From Selaginella moellendorffii (Eukaryota; Plantae; Lycopodiophyta), in contig NW_003314298.1 in assembly GCF_000143415.4 (NCBI RefSeq), positions 603,014 to 667,013 on the forward strand: a DNA stretch of 64,000 nt, written 5' to 3'. Each line of letters starts with the position of its first letter. Position 1 is the first letter of the stretch. This document shows, piece after piece, positions 58,085 through 64,000 of the stretch. Position numbers and translations under genes: made by a program. The notes under the pieces were generated by a model, which was given only the letters and a program-made list of their open reading frames with translations, did no database searches and was not told where the DNA came from.

Positions 58085-59100
58085 TTACACCAGTAATTGA
58101 ACCCAGAAGAATTTGATATTTAACAAAAGTGTACCGACAGTCCTCAGCCATGACATCACCTTTTCCATCTTGATGCCCTTGAGATTTATAAGTTGCACTG
58201 CTCGATTGTTATGCATGTTTAGAGCGTAATCCCAAATCATGGTCGTCCAGGAAACCAAGCTGCACATCTTCATGCTCTCAAAAATTTTGAGATTGTCCAA
58301 GTTGACATAAACTTGTGTGAAAGCTGTCCAGCAGACAATGGTCTTGCATGGGATCTAGTGAAAGAACCTATGGCCTCATCAAAATGCCCATTCTCGGCAT
58401 ACATGAGGAGCATCACACTCCAAAGCCTGGTTTCTTCTCCTGGATTTGATCGAAGATGTTCTTTGCGAGGGTGATGAAGCCTTGGCAGCCATAAAGCTTG
58501 CACCATAGCACATAAATTGATCCAGCATGGAATCAAACTCTTTTGTGGTGGCCAAATCCCTGAGCATTCACCAAGATCATCACAATTTGCACTGCATTAG
58601 TGAAGGGAAGATGACGGAATGCCCTGTCAATTCTTCAAGGAATCCATTGTGAACGTAGCACAGTAGTAGATTTGTCCATGACACGAGATCCTTGGCATTC
58701 GATCAAAGGTCGATTTCACTGCCTCGATTTGCCAAGTGTTGTGATAATTGAGTTCCAAGGCAGTAAGATAGCCTGGCAGTTGCGGATCCAGAATACCGCC
58801 ACATATCCAATGAGCATCGAGATCTGCGAGACAAGATCGTGAAACTCCACCCCATTAAACGTGTTCTTGGCATGCTTAAGATGCCTAGACTAGGCAAATG
58901 AGCGAGATCCAAGAGACCACATCATGATCCGTCATGGAATCCAAGATCTTCTTCAGATTGGATCTCTATATGTAGGATTGCACAAATTCCACTGCACAGC
59001 GGCTCTTGGCAAATGTGATCACCAATGTCAAAGAAGAGTCACACAGCGTAGGCATGGACCATCATGTTCCAGGTCGCAATCGAAGAGCTTAGTAGCACTG
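58085..59100 (-). pseudogene. Degenerate PPR pseudogene
   Basis: KIFESMKMCSLVSWTTMIWDYALN and WSVMLLMYAENGHFDEA, with many frameshifts. Confidence 0.65.
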
Positions 59101-60433
59101 GAGGTGTGCCCGACAGCAAGCGGCTGGTTCATATTTTCAAAGAAGCAACAGTCAAATGATTGTGGTACAGCACTGTATATTTGTGTTTTATTTTTAAAGA
59201 GAAGTTATTGGCAGAAACTTCCAACTTTCGAGAAAGCATGGTAGAGAATGTCACTTTTTGAGATACACTTCTGGAGAATCCCTGTTTTTCAAGGCAAGAA
59301 TCCACCATTCTCTCTTCATTTTCAGTGAGAAATTTGTCTAGCATGACTGGATTAACGACAGCTAAAATTTATGTGGAAAACTTTAGAACACAGAAGTTAC
59401 AAGTTGGTCTTTCGTTGAGAATGAGCATGTGCTCACTGCCCCATTAGTTTTTTGATAGGATGCTGTGGATTGGACAACAAGGACTTATGACATTGTTCTA
59501 TTGGTTCTTTGGATGAGCAATGCATCAAGGTTCAAGTGTGAAAGTTTTCAATCAGGTCTGAGCCAGTAATTATAGTCTCTTGAAGAAATTGTTAAGGAAT
59601 GTTACAATCAGAAGTCAAAATTTCCTAAATGGAACCTCTGACCTCTTTGTCATCAGAACTCCAGTTTTTCAAGCCTTCTGGATTGATGAGATCTCATCAA
59701 TCCAACACGCAGCTTTGGCAGCCACAATTATGTCTAGAGAATTGTTGCTCCTGCCTGTATCATGAGTCCCTTCAATTCCATGTCTCTGCAATTGAGGCAC
59801 TTGCAAGCTTGCTCGGTCCTTGATTAAAAAATCCATCAATATGGCCAAGGTAGCCTCTAGCAATACTTGTCTTTCTATTCTGAGCAGAAATGCAAAAGTT
59901 AATCCCAGGGACTTAACTATTGCCAAGGCACTATTTTTTAAAGTGAGTTGATGATGTTATGTGGCATCACTACTAAAAAAATTTAAAATTGGACAAAGCA
60001 GTAAAGTGTAAAAATGTGAACCATTTCCTTGTAATGGTTTACCTTTTGACAAACTAATTTGTCTCTTAAAAAGAAATTCACATAAGAACTATAAGAAGTT
60101 AGTGCAAGTAAAGCAGGAAGGGAAATGGTAATGGTAATAAAAGAAGAAACTTGGTGCATTGTTCTTGTCTTAAATAAATTTGCAACCATGAACAAAAAAC
60201 ATCTTTGAAGACTTAATTTTGTGTAGGCCAGCATAGCTGGATTCATGGCTAGTTTACAGGTTGTTTGACATGTTAGAGCCCAAAAATGGGCCTGGTATCC
60301 AAACAAAGCTAAGCAAGACCAGAACAGATTAGGGATCATGGCAGATTGGGAGCTTCCAATCTAACCTTCGTAAAAAGCAAGGAAGCGTACTTTAATAAAC
60401 ATACTCTGTTTATTCTAGTCAATATGTTTGACT

Positions 60434-61760
60434 ACTTGCGGAGAAGTGGAACCAATGCAAGTGGACGAGCCCGCATGAGCGTGAACCCGACCCCCTCACC
60501 CACGTCCACCTCTTTACCATCCGGTGTTGTCCAGTTGAACGATTAGCAAGAACAAGATGAATAGCAGTCAACCCCAAGTTCATCCCCGGGCAGGATCGCC
60601 GGCCAAAGCCAAACGTCATGAGTTCCACGGCCGCATTGAATTCGCTGCTCATCCTCTCCGGGATGAACTCCAGAGGGTTCTCCCAGATGTTTGGATCCCG
60701 GCCGATAGCGTAGAGGTTGATCAACACTTGGGTCTTGGCTGGGATCATGTAGCCAGCTTCTTCAAGCTTTCATACACGTTGATAACAAATTTGGAGATCT
60801 AGCGAGGATCAAACCTTTTAGACTACTTACCTTACACTCGGCGGTGGATTCGCGTGGAACAATGAGTGGCGGCGGTGGGTGCTTGCGCAGGCTCTCCTTG
60901 ACAATCGCGCCGAGGTACTTGAGCTTGGGAATGTCGGCCTCGCTCACCATGGTGCTACTAGCAGGGATCACGTCGTCCAATTCCTTCTGGGCTTTTGCCA
61001 AGATTTGTGGATGAAGAAGTAGCTCTATGAGAGCCCATTCTATCGCTGTGGCAGTCGTGTCCAGCCCTGCACTTCCTAGCAAGGACGGCCAACGAGTTAG
61101 TCAACACTCAAGTCAACCCCTAGTCTTACCAGCATGAGGCACCGGATGGTAAGATCTGACATGTTGTCGAGCGAAAGCAAGACGTCCAGGAAGCTCTCGC
61201 CGCCATGTCCTTGCTTGGCTATAGTCAGCTTGGGCAGCGAGAGATCCATCCATTTAAGCCATGGGACGTAATCGCCGATGTGTAGCCTCCCGCTCAGCTC
61301 GTTCCCCTGGCGGACCAAGCGGAGGAAATCGTTGGCACCGAAGGTCCGGCTCGTCCCAAACACGAGTGTTTGTATGATCTCCAAGGTGAGGACGGTGACC
61401 TCCTGGGTCATGTTCACCGTTCTTCCTAGATTCTGGGAGAGCATCGCCAGGAACTTCTCCATCTCCGCTTGCCTCACTGCCGCAAAGCTCCCCACGCGGC
61501 GCGCGGTGAAGAGCTCGAGCGTACAGATCTTGCCGAGCCCCCTCCATCTCGCGCCATAGCGCGCGAAGATGAGATCGTCTGGGAGGATCGCCTCGGCAAA
61601 CGTGAGCGATGGCCGCGAGGAGAAGGTCCTGTCGTGGGTCTTGAGGATCTCTTGGGCGATCTTGGCTGACGAGATGACGAGCGTGGGGGTGTAGCCCAGG
61701 CGGAGGTACAAGATCGGGCCGAGATCGAAGAGGATGAGATGCTTTAAAGCTTTGGCTGGC
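60434..61760 (-). pseudogene. Cytochrome P450 (CYP71-clan type) pseudogene, 3 exons
   Basis: [21 protein letters not shown] (I helix), KESLR (ExxR), PERM and FGFGRRSCPG (heme). N-terminal anchor missing, internal deletion after LPKL, and a frameshift after HLVLAN. Confidence 0.88.
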
Positions 61761-62794
61761 GCGCGACAAGGAAAAGATCTCCATCCCTGAGCGACCAGGA
61801 GATGATCCGGCGCCACATCATCAATTTCTTTTCGGCCTAAATCAGAGCGACCGCAAAAATAACGTCTTTATTTTTTAGAAAGGTTGTTTCTCAACGAAAG
61901 GCTTCCAGTTTATAGAAGTTTCCATGCGTCATTCACTGATGGTTTCAGCGTTTACCTAAATTCAACTTAAATCTATATTAAAAGTATTTAATGGTAGTGA
62001 TTTTACTGTGGTTAACTCCAATTTTATTGTGGTCAACACACTTTAGTTAATTAAGAAACAATAGCATTAAGGACTGATTTTAGGTTTAGAATTTGTACAT
62101 TTCACAATTTTTTAATCCACAATATTCAATGGGCCAACTTTTATGAATTTTGTGATTTATGAGCTGTGAGACAAAGGACGTTCATCCCTAGACAAATTTC
62201 ATGCATGAGCACACCGCTTGATAGACACTCTTGTTGTGAAAGCACTCTACTTTTATATGTTGTATTTACTTTTAATTGGGAGACTTTGAGAGTAGTTGAA
62301 TTTAAAATCAAAGTCTGGCATAGTTTTAATTGCATAACAAAACCAAGTCTCAATAAACAAGAAGAAAGAAATAAAAGTTTCCAATCCAACCTTCTTAACC
62401 ATGGGAGTCCATGATCACAGCTTCCCTCAAATCGTTACTGCCATCACCGATCCAGAAAGATATCCATGGACGAATCCCTGAAACTCTTTGTCCACCTCTC
62501 ACAAAGCCTCCCTTGCCCGTTGATTAGCATTGCCATTTTGAGGCTCTTAATCCAGATGGTCTTCACATGTTCTGTGAGTGTCGCTCACAGAAACAACTAT
62601 ATAGGCTCACCTATCTAGTTGCTGTACCCCTTGATACCTTGAATCCCTGGCACTGCCGTTGGACGCCCGGTCTGGCATGCCTGGCAAATGTGAGACTGTG
62701 AATCCCATGAGCCAAGTAGTGGATCATCTGGACCATCCAAATGCTGGTCTTCCATGTCATCTTCTGCTTCTAAGCCAGCTGATTTGCCTTCTGT

Positions 62795-63537
62795 TGTTGT
62801 TTGCCTGTGTTACTCCAAGTTCTCTCCCATTTCTTCACTTTCTTCTTCTTTAGCATCTAAGTTTGCCTTCCTAATAACTCATCTGGTGGTGTGCTTTCAG
62901 TGCTCACTGGTTGCATATCAACTTCTTCTCCTTCTTCTGTGCTGGAACTTTGCTGGCAGGGAGCTTCCCTAAGGTTGTTCCTAGGTATCATCTGGAACGT
63001 AGAGGAGCTGGACATGATTCTGTCTTTCCACAGCAGATTCTGCTAGACCATAAGAATGCGCTCTTCAAGCCTTCTTCAGCCATGAATGCGGAGTGGGATT
63101 TCAGTGAGCAAATATCCTCACTGAAATCCATGTTGTTTGCCTGTGTTACTCCAACTTCTCTCCCATTTCTTCACTTTCTTCTTCTTCAGCATCTACGTTT
63201 GCCTTCCTAATAACTCATCTGGTGGTGCACTTTCAGTGCTCACCGGTTGTCCAGTGCTTTTTCAACAGTTGGCCCGAGTACCAAGGCACACTTCATTGTT
63301 AGAGAGAGGTAAGCTGGCGCTAATGCCAACCAGGATTATCCAGCACGAAAAGACAGACGGTTACCTGATATATACTTCCATTGACAATGAAATCCCACTC
63401 CGCATTCATGGCTGAAGAAGGCTTAAAGAGCACATTCTTATGGTCTAACAGAATCTGCTGTGGAAAGACAGCCTCATGTCCAGCTCCTCTATGTTCCAGA
63501 TGATACCTTGGAACAACCTTAGGGAAGCTCCCTGCCA
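62795..63537. repeat. Local duplication plus inverted repeat
   Basis: ~62795-62912 is repeated directly at ~63131-63247. ~62955-63103 is repeated inverted at ~63388-63537. Confidence 0.8.
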
Positions 63538-64000
63538 AAACAGGTCCAAATTCCCCATCTTGTTGCAGTTCTTTGTACTGTAGCTTGCCACCCTTAGGAA
63601 TGAGTATGTTGCAAACAAAACTCTCTAACAGCTTTGCTTGGATATCCTAGATATCATTTGGTTGCTCCACCAACAAGAAACGTTTCAATCTTGGTAATTA
63701 AGTGTTGAAATAACATGAATATAAAAAGTTGTATTTAAGTGTAATGGCACTTTAAAAGTAATTATAAGATTAGGACCTCATGAGACATCAGACTTGCAAA
63801 GTCTAAAAGCTGAATAATTTAATGGAGTTAAAAGATAATCTTAAAGGCTGAGATGTATTGTGCCTAATGGAGGATCATGAGATCTAAGTATGAAAATAAT
63901 GAATATCTTATTAATGGCAAAAGATGCCATATTAAAGTCAAGAAAAGGTGTTTATAGAAGAAAAAAAACTTTTGCAAAGAGTTGTGTGCAAACACAATAA

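Overview
Repeat-rich land-plant nuclear DNA, most likely the lycophyte Selaginella. This is inferred from the short-motif PLS-PPR gene, ~50-nt introns and Crinkler-type genes. Intact-looking genes are a Crinkler-like NTPase + restriction-endonuclease-fold protein (8881-11871, -), a PLS-class PPR protein (30960-32681, +) and a DM13/DOMON/cytochrome b561 protein (34182-36929, +). Pseudogenes include a Crinkler REase-kinase, a DRM DNA methyltransferase split by an inversion, a cytochrome P450 and PPR remnants. Most of the rest is LTR retroelements, five of them bounded by readable 5-bp TSDs: a non-coding LARD with an internal inversion (15209-21407; a second copy is cut by the window edge), a solo LTR (4088-5508), a non-chromoviral Ty3/gypsy with 5' and 3' extra ORFs (41046-54627), a nested chromovirus derivative (42100-46924) and a tandem TRIM array (23788-24726). 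Copia remnants are also present. Two observations stand out. (1) The TRIM's 120-bp LTR is largely a complete tRNA(Ala)-like cloverleaf with A/B boxes and a T4 terminator, a tRNA analogue of the 5S-carrying Cassandra. (2) The nested chromovirus integrase contains two canonical spliceosomal introns.
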